64,000 bases of DNA from Podarcis tiliguerta. Lineage: Eukaryota. Shown here piece by piece: positions 11,449 through 23,380 of this stretch (positions within the stretch are counted from its first letter, which is position 1; every line of letters starts with the position of its first letter). The stretch lies in NCBI GenBank assembly GCA_965153285.1, contig OZ229117.1. One strand, given 5' to 3'. A program made the translations under genes and the position numbers. The notes under the pieces were generated by a model. The model was not told where the DNA came from. It was given only the letters and a program-made list of their open reading frames with translations, and did not search any database.

Positions 11449-11866
11449 CATAGAATGGTAGAGTTGGAAGGGATAACCAAGGGTAATCTAATGCAAACCC
11501 CTGCAATGCAGGAATCACAGCTAAGGAAACCCTGGACTACACAGCTGCAAGTAAAATGTTTTAAATAAGTTGTTAAGTGCAATATACAAATGTGACACTA
11601 GATGGCGAGAGTGAACTATGCCAATTTCAATGTATTTTTCAAAACGTTTTTTTAAAAAGCATTTTCACAGCGTTTTTTAATGTGTGTGTAGATTCCACTA
11701 CTGACAGATGGCCATCTAACCTGTTTAAAAACCTCCAGTGAAGGAAAGCCCACCACCTTCTGATGTAATCCATTCCACTGTCGAACAACGCTCATCACCA
11801 GAAAGTGCTTCCTAATGTATAGTCAAAATCCCTTTCTTGTAATTTGAATCCATTGGCTTGGGTCCC
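11449..11866 (-). mobile_element. CR1 3' fragment interrupted by a MITE
   Basis: CATAGAATGGTAGAGTTGGAAGGG..CTGACAGATGGCCATC..TTCTTGTAATTTGAATCCATTGG. Confidence 0.75.
11535..11700. mobile_element. MITE (PIF/Harbinger-like) containing a CTCF-like motif
   Basis: Interrupts a CR1 and is flanked by CTG/CTG. Degenerate TIR CTACAC/GTGTAG. Internal TGACACTAGATGGCGAGA at 11593-11610. Confidence 0.55.
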
Positions 11867-12104
11867 TGTGGCATGTGCAAGTGACATCAGCATGCCGCGG
11901 CATGTGCCAACATGACACGCACGCATCCTGCTGTGACGTCTGCATGCCCTGGGCACCACTGTCATGAGGGCAAGGTGGTACGCTTGGCTTTTCATCTCTC
12001 TCTTTCTTTTTGCTTCTGACATTTTGGTTGCCTTCACCCAGAGTAAAGACATGAGCCACAGGTGTTGGCTTAAACTGGGGTTGCTTCTATACAGTCCTTC
12101 TTCT

Positions 12105-12222
12105 CAAGGCATAAAGCACTTGCTTTGCATGTCAAAGCTCCCAGGTTCATCTCCTGGAGGACTGTTGCCAGTCAGTGTGTAGACATTATTTAAGACTGAC
12201 TCGGCAGAAGACAACTTCCTTT
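12105..12222 (+). mobile_element. Squam2-like SINE remnant
   Basis: GCACTTGCTTTGCATG..CCCAGGTTC..TGCCAGTCAGTGTGTAGACA. Confidence 0.5.
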
Positions 12223-12750
12223 GTCCTTGCACCTTTTAACAGGAAGTCAGTCCACATGGCAGCATCGTTAAGGTGCAGCACTCCAGTGTTTTCAATGCCA
12301 CCCTTCCACAATTTTCTGGTGTTATCATCATTATCATACCTGCAATGGAAGTCAGTTGTAGCAACAGCTTGTTCACAGTGTGCCATTAGGGCTTTCAAGA
12401 GGAAATGCTTCCTTTTAAGCAGAAAGCTTACTGCATAAAGCTTCAGGCACTTTCACTCTTGGTAATTTGGGCTGTGGGATTAGTGCAGAATTGCCCCTCA
12501 CTTAGTCTGTTTTTGTCCCCTGCAGGGAAGAGGTACAAAATTACTCACTTATTTTGTTTTTTCCCCTCCTTCCTACCCATTCTATTATAGAGAAATAGCA
12601 ATATTTTTGGCCCTGGGGAGGACAAAGTCTGACTAAATAAAGGGCAGTTAACGGGGAAATTAGTCTGACTCCCACAGCCTCACCAAAAACTAAGTTTCAA
12701 TATATATTTATTGTTCTAGCCAAAGCCATGACAAACCCACAACTACAGTA

Positions 12751-13367
12751 CAGTGGTACCTTGGTTCTCAAACGCCTTGGTTCTAAGTGTTCCGGTTTTC
12801 AAACATTTTCAGAAGCTGAACTTTGGCTATTGTTTCCAGGGTGCCTGCACCAATCAGAAGCCGCGCCTTGGTTTTGAAGCATTTCGGAAGTCAAATGGAC
12901 TTCCGGAACAGACTAAATTCAAGAACCAAGGTACCACTAGATTTGGTGCTTTTGGTTTTGCTATTTATTTTGTGTTTTTGTTTTTGAGGCTTTTTCGGTT
13001 AATTTGTTTTTGTGACTGTGTGGAACCCAGTTCAGCTGAGTGATTGATTGTGTGACTGCGGAAATGGATAAAAGCCCCCCCTCCAAAAATGACTATCATC
13101 AGAGCAAGTAAGAAAATAATAATAATTTTCATCATCTACAATACTGTCTTATTTATTTTATAGTACAGTAAATTGATTATTGCTATCATTTTATGCATCA
13201 ATGGCCTCGTTACAGAGTAAAATTCATGTTAAATTGCTGTTTTAGGGGTTGTTTTTAAAAGTCTGGAATGGATTAATCCACTTTGCATTACTTTCTAAGG
13301 GAAAGTGCACCTTGGTTTTGGAATGGACTTCTGGAATGGATTAAGTTTGAGAACCAAGATACCACTG
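12751..13367. mobile_element. Tc1/mariner (Tigger/pogo-like) non-autonomous element
   Basis: TA|CAGTGGTACCTTGGTTCTCAAAC .. GTTTGAGAACCAAGATACCACTG|TA, with an extra internal TIR copy at about 12922-12938. Confidence 0.85.
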
Positions 13368-13539
13368 TACCAATAAAACAATACAGATCGTGCATCCAGA
13401 ATATAAGCCAAATTCCATGAAGTTGAAGAGAGGCTCCCAGAGGCACCAACAAACTCAAATCCATCTTGATTTCAAATTAAACATCTGAATCACCACAACA
13501 ATTGATTAGCGATTTACTCTAACTCGTTTTTTCTTGATT

Positions 13540-13960
13540 TTTTTATTTGTTTATTTATTTATTTGCAGTCAGTGCATAGTGGGCCACTCTGTGTGTTACA
13601 AAGCTATTAACTGTCACTCAAAAGAAACTGGACCATGTCTGCCAGGGTGGACCTGCTTGCTTGTGTGAACATGGGTTTCAGAAAGTGATCTCTTGGATCT
13701 CTATATAAGGGGCAGGCTAACAGAAAATGAGTGACATCTCCCACATGAGGCTGACCACAAACACAAAGTCTGTCTGCATACAGGACCTTATTGTAGTGGC
13801 CATCTAAGACTGCAGTGGGCTTCACTTGGAAATGTGGCTTAATAAATGCATTTCTTAAGGAAGCTGGTGAGAGTTTGGTCAGATAACTAGCTCTAAAATG
13901 CTTTGTTTGCAAGATCTGCTGTATAAAAACTATCATAAATGGGAAGTTACCAGTGCCCGC
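13540..13960 (-). mobile_element. older RTE-X-like LINE 3' fragment
   Basis: ORF 13607-13999(-) reads ASYLTKL..LRNAF..TAVLDGHY..DRLCVCG..VTHFLLACPLYRDPR, homologous to the C-terminus of the 3309-4421 ORF. (TAAA)n-like tail at about 13540-13565. Confidence 0.7.
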
Positions 13961-14029
13961 AGACTTCAGGGGTAAAAAGCAGGAGAGCAAGCTGGACAAA
14001 CCAGTCTCTTCATCTAGGCAATTGCAAGA

Positions 14030-14425
14030 TTAGCTGGCCACTTTGGCACCAGGATTAACATCACCAGAGAAGTTGCCCTATGCCAAAAGGGAAGTGGGTG
14101 GGTCTTACCCCTCACCTGGCTGGTAGTTAGAACAGTGATAGCCAGGGTTGTTGTGCATGAGCTAAGCAGCAAGAAAACAAACTGAGGAACTGGATACAGA
14201 TGCAGGCTTGATTTGTGCTGGAATCTAAGGCCGTGATGAAGGGAGACGCAAATTCTGCTGTGGTGCTAATGCTGAGACCCCCTCCATCTTAGGTTCAGGC
14301 TTTATATATGTGTAAATAAACCACATATACTAAAGTCACCACAGTCTCTGCTGACCTTCATTCCAAGGAAACCGATTCTGGAACCGCTAGAATCTCTCAC
14401 AGTTTGGAGATTGGGTGGTGTGTAA
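14030..14425 (+). mobile_element. possible LTR remnant
   Basis: LTR-like TATATATGTGTAAATAAACC followed by U5-like sequence. Termini and TSD could not be resolved. Confidence 0.3.
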
Positions 14426-15046
14426 TAATATGAATAATATGAATTCAAAATCTAACCACCCATTCACCCTCCTAGTTTATCCCTTTATTTCACCTTCCTT
14501 TCTGTTCTTCCAGCTGCAATGTTATGCTTGTAAGTCCTATTGACCCCAGTGGGTCTTGCTTCTGTGTACACGGCAATAGGATTCCCCTGCCCGCCTCCCT
14601 TTTCTCTCCTCTTGTTCCTTCTCATTTCAAAGCAGGCAATTCTCTCCCCTTTATGTAAAATGCAACTTCCCCAGATGCAAGGCTCTGAGTAATTACCACC
14701 CCATCACTTTCCTTTTCGAAGCTCCTTGATTGCATATTGCTTATTCCAGTCTATTAATTTTCTTGTCGTGCTCCTTTTCATCCTGGCTTCTGTTCTTTCC
14801 ATTCTCCTGACTGTGCCTGTCCCCACTAATGATCTCCTGGCTAAATCACATACAGCCTCTTGCCCATTCTTCTTCTTTTCAATCCATCTTCTACCTTTGA
14901 TATGATTGATTTCTCTTCCTGATTTGCCTTTCAGTGCCTGAAGAGTCCAGCAAGTTTAGTCAGCCAGCCAGAAACCAGTTAAAGCACCTTCTCCAACCAG
15001 ATCTACTCAAATGATTTCCCCTTCTCTAGCCAAATTCAAGATTGCA

Positions 15047-15073
15047 AAACAACAACAACAACAACAACAACAA
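15047..15073. repeat. (AAC)n microsatellite
   Basis: Directly visible. Confidence 0.9.
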
Positions 15074-15444
15074 ACCCACACATCTGCCCTGACACACCTG
15101 CAAGGGCACATTAGGTCTAGAGGACGTTGTGTTGGGACAATAGTGAAGGGAAAGGCAGACAAATGGAGGGAGGTGGTGACATTTTCCTGAAGGTTTTTTT
15201 CCTGGTGGTGGCCTGTCTAAGTGAGATGGCTGAGGGGTAGGTAGACAATTTTAACATTTTTTAGTTTTAATGAAGCATTGTGGCAAGATCAATCCATGGC
15301 CATAAATGAGAACCATTTATTGCTGCCCATTAAGATCCAAACTTAACCAAAAGCTCAAGAGGAGAAGGCCGCTTGGAAGACTGAGGAAGAATATTTGCAG
15401 CATTATGTACCCAAATTGAATTATTCATTTATATTCTATATAGA

Positions 15445-16190
15445 GAGCCAGTGTGGCACAGTGGTGAGGGTGTCAGACTAGGACCCAGGAGACCAGGGTT
15501 GAAATCTCCACTCCACCATATGAAGCTTACTGGGTGTGACCTTGGGCCAGTCACTGCCTCTCAGCCTAACCTGCCTCGCAGGATTGTTGTGGGGATTATA
15601 AATGAGGAGGGGGGGAAGAACCATGTGAGCCAGTGTCATGAATGAGACAGCTCCCAGTGAAGGTTTGCAGCCAACTGAAGAAAGCAGCCAGGAACAGAGA
15701 GAGTCAACTGTCATGCAGGATGAACACTGGCTATTGCCAACTCCCCTGCCCACTGGAATGCTGATTGATAAGGGAATGACTGAGAGTGGGCAGGAACCCA
15801 GTCAAAGCTCTAGGGAAGTTCCAACAGGTGGGGACAGAGAAGGAAGTAGTCTGTCCAAAGGGGAATAGATTGGAGCTGATCCAATCCCTCCTAAGAGTCG
15901 GCTAAGGGGGTGGCTGTTAGACAGGAAGCAAAACAAGAAATGTAACCTACGCAAGTTCAATATATTCCGCAAAACCTGGAAGGGATCTTCAGAAGGGTCA
16001 TCTTGAGTAATGATGACGGTGGCTTTGTCAGAGCCGTCCAGAGCTATCTGTTTGTTTTTGCAATAAAATCTCCTTTTTTAATTAGGTACGCTTACTGTGT
16101 TATCAAGCTGGGAACCTGGACTCCTGACAGCCAGCTTAAGCTTCTTGGAGAAAAAGGTGGGTTATAAATGCAATCAATCAATCAATCAAT
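15445..16190 (+). mobile_element. Squam3-like tRNA-derived SINE split by a solo LTR
   Basis: Head GAGCCAGTGTGGCACAGTGG..GTGACCTTGGGCCAGTCAC. The SINE resumes after 16134 with GGAGAAAAAGGTGGGTTATAAATG(CAAT)n. Confidence 0.75.
15634..16129 (+). mobile_element. solo LTR, family A (TGTCA..TGACA, Gypsy-like)
   Basis: TGTCA/TGACA inverted termini, perfect 5-bp TSD GCCAG (15629-15633, 16130-16134), AATAAA near 16062. A second copy lies at 32958-34051. Confidence 0.85.
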
Positions 16191-16855
16191 AGCCAGCCCT
16201 TTACCCTAAGGTCCCAGGGCAGGTTACAACATTAAAACACAATATTAAAAGCAGTTTAAAACAAATGACAATCACAACATGTATGTCATACGACCGAAAA
16301 ACATGCCATGTTAGCAGCAACAAATTGGAAAACAATTTTTTCATCATCATCATTTTTAATTTGTATACTGTCTTTCTAGCTTACAATACTCAAGGCGGTT
16401 TACAAGCTGAAGAAACAAAAAATGTACTTCTTATAACAATCTAATGCAATACAAAAATGTGATAATAAAACATAACTTTAAAATAGGCAACCTACATCAA
16501 AAAAGTAACATTCAACAATTGTTAGAATAGTATTAAATAATAATAATAACATATAAAAGTTAAGCAGAAATCCACTCAACAGTTACAATAAATAATTTCT
16601 AAACTATAATCAATAAAACAATGGCAAACCAAAGTGAAAAAATAATCCAATACAAATTGAGAAGCAGAGACAAGAGGGTGGAACAAGGCAGGTGGAAGGA
16701 GGCCTTGCCTGATAGAGTCTCTCCCCTCACAGTTCTTCCTCCAGGCACAGCTTCCTTATGAGGAGTCCCAGGGCCAGAGGGTGGGGCAAAACCAGTTGCA
16801 AATTTAAACTTTTTGAACTAAAGAGAAAAGAAATTTGAACCCAGCCATGGCTGAC

Positions 16856-16887
<32 letters not shown>

Positions 16888-16891
16888 GTGT
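16856..16891. repeat. (TG)n microsatellite
   Basis: Directly visible. Confidence 0.9.
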
Positions 16892-17529
16892 TAAATGCAG
16901 CCTCAGCAGTCTTTATTCTGATTGCTACTTCTGTCACTGACGTACAGTAGCGGAAGCTGAAATTCAATTTGGGGGTTGTCAGCTTGGTAAATGGTATTCT
17001 TTAGGGGTGATCTCCTAGTAAATACACTTAAACTCTAAATTAGAGAGCAAGATTGCTCAGCCAGGGAGCTGTTTGTGGGAGCTCAAGGGGGGCTTCTCGA
17101 CAGAAGAGGTGTCACATTAAGAACGCTAATGCCAAGGATGAAAAATGGCCGTTTTCCATCAAACGACTTAGCGACGTCGCTTCTTATTGCGTGGCTTTGC
17201 AGACAGATGTTCTGAACCGCAAAGATGCCTTAGAGTCAGCAGTTGCAAGCATAATCGAGCATGGGGTGATTTCAACGAGCAAAATAACCTCAGTGGTGTC
17301 GAGGTTGGGTTTTAAAATGCTTTTGCTGCCTAGAGGCTACTTATGGGTTATTGTAGGGATCTGTCTGGAACAAAGGAGTGGTCTCAAAAGTATGCAAATC
17401 CCAGAGCTGCTCAGGGGCAGTATAGGTTGCAGTGGAAATGTACAACAAAAATGAACCAGAGCACTTGCCCATCCTCCCCGAGATTGCATATGTCAGCGTT
17501 TCTGAATCTGGTGCCCTCCCAATGAAACC

Positions 17530-17670
17530 ACAAGAGGGGATGGTACTCTTGTGCTCAGGTCCTGCTTGTGGGTTTCCCACTGGGGCATCTGGCTGGCCAA
17601 TGTGAGAACAGGATACTGAACTAGATGGACCATTGTTCTGAACCAGCAGGCTTTTCTTATTTTCTTACCT
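17530..17670 (+). mobile_element. CR1-type 3' end
   Basis: GGCATCTGGCTGGCCAATGTGAGAACAGGATACTGAACTAGATGGACC..TTCTTATTTTCTTA. Confidence 0.65.
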
Positions 17671-19729
17671 TGGATTCTGTCTGAGTTAAGCTTCTGGGGG
17701 GGGGGGTGTTACATCAAATGGGTCTGTGTGTTGCTTTATGTGGTGAGAAGTACATTGCCTTGCTTGTTTCTGTATTTGGCTGCCAGGAAATTAAGAACCA
17801 GATTTGTGGCTCAACTCTTTTTTCCTTTCCTATGGCTTATAGCTTTTGTTGTTTGTTGGATTCCAACTCCCATCAGCCCCAGCCAGCATGGCCATCGAGG
17901 ATGGTGAGAGATGTCATCCACCAAAGTTTGGAGGGCAGTAGGCTGGGGAAGTCTGGCCTACTCTGATTAGAGATCCCACAGTAGGACCAGTGTTCTCTGC
18001 TTAGCAAACAAGCAAATGGTGGTGGTGGAGGAGGAGGAGCAAGAGCAGCTGGTGATAATGATGAAGAAGTGGTGGACTCACCGGGGGACTGTATCTTGCC
18101 CAAGAACATAACAGTTCAGTGGGTGCTTGAGACTCACGAGAGCAAGAGCATTCAAGACCTTGGACAGCTCCAACAAGCCCGTCTAAGCTAGCCATAGAAG
18201 CAGTAGTCTCTGGAGGTAGCTACTGTATAGCCAACTAAAGTCTTATATAGTAGGCAGGCCAGTCATGGAGTAGGGTGAGATCCACTTCTCTGGAAGATAT
18301 GGCTAAGTAGATAAAGGGCCTTTGCCTTATTACATAGGATCATAGAACTGTAGAGTTGGAGGACACGCAAAGGGTCATTTAGTCCAACCCCTGCAAGGCA
18401 GTTTTTTTATTCTGCAAGGTTGGGGAGATAGGGACACTGTACCAGGGCCAGCTCTAAAGTGAACCAGGGTAAGGCAGGTGTCTCAGTGGGAAAATGAGCA
18501 GGATGGCAGATTTGAATCAGGGCTCTGACTCACTGGCGTGAAAACTCCTCTTGCCAACATAAAGCCTTTCATCTTCAAGATGCTACAGAATGGTAGAAAA
18601 GTTATCACAGAGTGACAACGTAATTCCTGCATTTAATGTTGGTTTCACCTACACGGAGGACACATGGGGGAGGTGGAACAGAGAGGGGGAGGGAGGAGGC
18701 TAAGAGGGCCTTTGAAGGCCCTGGAAGGAGGATTATGGAAATAGAGTGGTTTTAAGATGGGATTTGACATGACAAGGAGTGTCGGAAAAACTTTGGGGAG
18801 AGAAGAGCGTGCCGGGACCAGAGGAGATGGGCCGGAATACTTAGAAGCATCAGCTGATGAACAAATTGCAGGGAAGAGTGACTGCCCCCCTCTCTTTCAC
18901 ACATGCGGGCACTCAGGAGGGGATTCTAAATGCAAGCCTCAGAACTTTGACATGCCGTCAGAAACCCCAGAAAGGCTTTGCTCTGTCTCTCTCAAGCTTT
19001 AAATAATTTGTTTCAAGTCACTTACTGCGCTCTGCCCTGGACCAAGGCAACCCTCACAAATCTCGCCTCTAATGGCGGGGCTTGCAACATTCATCAGCTG
19101 CTCTTCAGAGGGTTGACTCTGTGGCAGTTTTTCCAATTCCTGTCATCCTACATATGGCTGGACTTTTGGCTCCATTCCTCCCTCTAAGCCAGACATGTCA
19201 ATTGTCCCTTCTTTCTGGTCCTGATAAAAGGTGGCCCCAATTTTGCTTTTTTTGTGTGTGCATGCTTCTAAAGGATCCTGGGATCCCCTCCACCTCACCC
19301 CCTCTAACCACTCCCTCTTCAAGAAATGAAGTTTGCAGAATGTGTCTGTGTAGCAGTTCTTCTGTAACTAATGCAACCATATCCATTGTGATGCTAAATC
19401 ATTTTACATTTCAAAACATGAAATCCCCAAGAGGGCTAGAAAGCGAGCTATAGACTTAAAAGAAATGAAGGTGGTGAAGAAGAAGGATTACCAGCCAGTA
19501 TAGCATCCTGGCCTGTGGCAAGTGAAATTAACACTTTCTTCCCTGCATTACACTGATCACACTCCTCTCACCCAGCCCTCATTAAACCTGGCCAGCTGTA
19601 GGTGGAATCAAACTCACAGACATGTGAGGATCCAAGTCTGCAGCCATCAGCTGGGCTGATCCTGTGGGGATACTGCAGTCCAAGGAACTGGTGTTGGGTC
19701 TGAGGTCATTTCCTTAGAAGTGAACTTCA

Positions 19730-20148
19730 CGTGGTAGGAAGTGGATAGAGAAAAGTTTATTCTCCCTCTCTCGTAACACTAGGACATCCAGTGAAACCAA
19801 ATGTTGAAAGATTCAGGGCAGACAAAAGGAAGTGCTTCTTCAGACAGCACATATGATGGAAGTCAGTCCCACAAGAGGTAGTGATGGCCACCAACCTAGA
19901 TGGCTTAAAAAAGAGGATTAGACAAATTCAAGGAGGAGAAGGCTATCAGTGACTTCAAGGAGGAGAAGGCTATCATATGCTCGGCTGCTGCTTCTGGAGA
20001 CAGCAGTGCTTCTTCATAGTGGTTGTTAGAAAATGCAGGAGGGGATCAGGCTCTTATGCTCAGGTCCGGCTTGCAGGCTTCCCAGAGACATCTGTTTGGC
20101 CAATGTGAAAAGAGGATCCTGGACTAGATGAGAGGAGTTGGCTCCTCA
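19730..20148 (+). mobile_element. CR1 3' fragment
   Basis: AAGTGGATAGAGAAAAG..GATTCAGGGCAGACAAAAGGAAG..GAGGATTAGACAAATTC. Confidence 0.7.
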
Positions 20149-20753
20149 TGTTATATGATTGATAGCTGGAAGAGGTTGAGGTTGCCTTGATCTGTCCTGC
20201 TCACACCCAGCCAAAGAAGAGAAACAGCCGATAATTAATACTTTATTGCCCAAAGCACACACTTACAGCAGCTCCAAAGGTGCACCAGATACACATGCAC
20301 ACATGCTTCTGGCATCTGCTTACCTGGCATTAACTTTTCCACATTTGTGCCCAGCGCAGCAGTTGAACCAACAGTGGGGTCACACATACCCCCTAGGACT
20401 ATGCACCTTCATTTGATGGAGTGCGCGCATGCAACCTGAGACTTCTCCTGCTCTGAAGATGTCACTGTGCTTCCCTCTTCAAGCCCCTCCTCGTTCTAGG
20501 AGGTGGTGGGGCAGGGAATGATGGGGATCCAACTGGCCTGCCCTTCACCTGAACAATCTCTTCCTCTGCTTCTGATATGTCTTGCTCTCCCTCTTCCATC
20601 TTTGACTTCTCAGACCATTCCCTTTCCTCCCACCCTGGCTCCTGCCTCATGGGTGGCACCAAACTCCAAAAATCACTGGTCCCCTCTCCTGGGTGAGCCT
20701 CCAGCTCCCCTGTATCCATCACACACTCATCCGTGCCCTGCCACTCCCTGACA
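20149..20753 (-). mobile_element. probable solo LTR (third family)
   Basis: TGT..TGACA termini, candidate TSD CCTCA/TCTCA and a minus-strand AATAAA (TTTATT near 20243). The left boundary overlaps a CR1 tail and is uncertain. Confidence 0.45.
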
Positions 20754-22804
20754 TCTCATCAGGGTGCTTAGCTAGTTAGTCACAACCATTGCCTGGACAA
20801 TGGAGCTGGTTTGGCAAGTTTGTTTTCATACTTTCTACAGGAATTCATATCTTCCCAGAAATTGGAAGGGACTCGAGATTAAGACTAAGCCCCCCCCCCC
20901 CCCAACCCCACAACAATATAACAAACAGCACAAAATCACTGTAGCTTATTCTCTTAAGTAACTCAACTTCTTGTTGTCTATTGCAACCTATTCATATAGC
21001 TTTAAGTCACTGCAAAACTCCTAAATCTATCAGTATCCAAATTATATCTTTCATGCATTTGATGAAAAAACAACAACCTGTTTTTGTTCTAAATGAGCCT
21101 GTGTGCTCCTTATTCTCTCTCGGTTGAACATATTCTGTTACTCCTGGCAAATTGTTTTCAAATGTTAAGATGTAAGAACATAAAGGAAATGGATCAGCAA
21201 TTCCAAGGGAATTTGTAAAATGCTGCCAGAATCTAGCAATTGTTCCGGGCCTCTGTTGATGGTTGCTTATGTTGTGTTAATACCCATGTTTTCTCTGTTA
21301 TTCTGGGATGTAACATAAATAATAACAGAAAGAAAGAAAACATGTTATCCTTTCAGTGCTCCTGCAGAAGTTTTCCACCAAATGCTTCAGGCAGGAGACA
21401 TTATTGTTAAACTTCCTCCTATATCTTAGTGTCATTGTGAATCTATCCTCTTTTTCTCCAGCACTGCTTTTTAAAATGTTTTTCTTCCCTTAGGAGAGAC
21501 AAAACAGTGGCTTTCCCCTTGACCTACAAACCTTGACCATGTTTCTGGCCTTTCCCTCAAGCTCCATGCTGGTGACACGCCAGGGACTGTAATCCCAGGG
21601 AATTATTTTGCAGGGTTGTGGAAATGATAGTCTGATCAGCATCATTTCCTTTGACTGACAAGCTCTGACATGTCTGAAATTCCTAGATTTCTGAAAAGGA
21701 TAGATTTATTATTAGGGGGAAGGGGGAGAGTTATCCATGACATTGGTCATGTGCCTCCAGGTGCTGAACCCAGATTATTTTGAGGTCTTTTGGTGTAATA
21801 GGGTGACTAAGTAAAGCCACAAAGGATGTCTAACAGGAGGAGCAAAATTTATAAAGTCTACATGATATTTTCAACTTCTTCTGCTTTGAGAAGAAGATTT
21901 TGCTAAAGAAGGCTCCCCTACAAGGACTTTCTCCAGCTGCAGGAGTGCTCACTTTAGTGTAGAGACAAAGGTTCTCCAGGGAAAACGTTTGCCAAAAATA
22001 TGGGGTAGTTTCAGAGGCAAAGGGGTAGGCAAAATGACTGCACCTTTCCCCTCACACCACTGTTTGCCACCATTGCAAAATTTGTGACGGCTACCATTTT
22101 CCTGTGCTCCTCCAAAGGCTGTCCTAAGGTGTACCAAGGGGGTTCCAAGATGTAAACATGATGACTGCCAGTCAGCCTCTGCTAGGAGGAATGCCAATGA
22201 GTCACACACACCCCTTTCTCTTCCACACTCTCTAAAACACCCATTAACCACCACCCCCACCCCAAAATTGCCACCTGCAAATAGAGCATGTGTGAAAGTG
22301 GGGTGGAGGTTCTATTCATACCTAGATAATTATTCTGTTTCTCCAAACAGACAGTGCTTGGTTTGATGGCTGGCAAAGGCCACCAAAGTTTCCTTCTAAA
22401 GACACCTCAAGAACACATGAGTGATCAGGGGCCCTGAGTGCTCTTCAGGCTGAACTGAACTGTTGTTTACCACAGAATCTCTTGGGAGGGGTCACTCCAA
22501 TGAATATTTTTCACAGCCCCTCTATTGCTGGATCTAGTTAAGTGATCTTTTAAAGAGATTTGAGGGCCTGGAAAGGATGGTCTTCAGTTTAGGAAGAGAA
22601 GGGGGAGTTTTGGGGTTGGGACAGCAGGATGTTGGGAGAGAACTTCGGATAATCAAGTGTCTGCATTTTGAATTTAGCCTCTAGTGAAGTGAGACTAGAA
22701 CCTCCGTGCATTGCCTTTGATTATGACGAAGAGGAGCTTCTGATTCATTTTGGGTGAGCTTCTTTCAGTCTTTTCCGTCCTGTTCCTCTTTATGTTTTTT
22801 GCTG

Positions 22805-23380
22805 CTTCAGAGGGTGGGACCTGAACCAATGGATCCAATTAACAAGAAAGGAGATTCATCTAAACAATAGGAAGAACTTTCTGGCAGTAAGAGTAGAATA
22901 GACTCCCTTGGAAGGTGGTAGAGTCTTCTTCACTTAAGGCAGGGGTCGGCAAGGTTTATCTCATCTGGGCTGGTTCACTCCAGTGGAGATCCCACCATGA
23001 GCCGGATCACACGCATGCCTACGATTTCTGGCATCTGCACAGACGCGATTTCCAGGGTCTGCGCATCCGCAGCTGAGATTTCTGGCACCACGGAAGCAAG
23101 TCCCCGCGCTGCACTGTGCCAGTTTAGTGCAGTGAATGGGGATGGGGACTCGCTGAGCTGGTGGCTTGGTTCAGGGGCAGCTCGTGGGCCGGTTAAACGA
23201 TGCCCCGTGGGTTGCTTGTGGCTCATGGGCCTTAGGTTGTCTACCGCTGACTGAAGATTTTTAAGCAGAGGTTGGATGGCTATCTGTCAGGGATTCTTGA
23301 GCTGTGATTCCTTCATTGCATGAGGTTGGACTAGATTGCCCTTGTGGTCTCTTCTCACCTTACAATTCCGTGATTCTATG
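22805..23380 (+). mobile_element. CR1 3' fragment interrupted by a hAT MITE
   Basis: CCAATGGATCC..AAGAAAGGAGATTC..GGTTGGACTAGA..TTCCGTGATTCTATG. Confidence 0.75.
22940..23249. mobile_element. hAT (Charlie-like) MITE
   Basis: Termini CAGGGGTCGGCAA / TTGTCTACCGCTG. Degenerate 8-bp TSD ACTTAAGG/ACTGAAGA. Confidence 0.65.
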
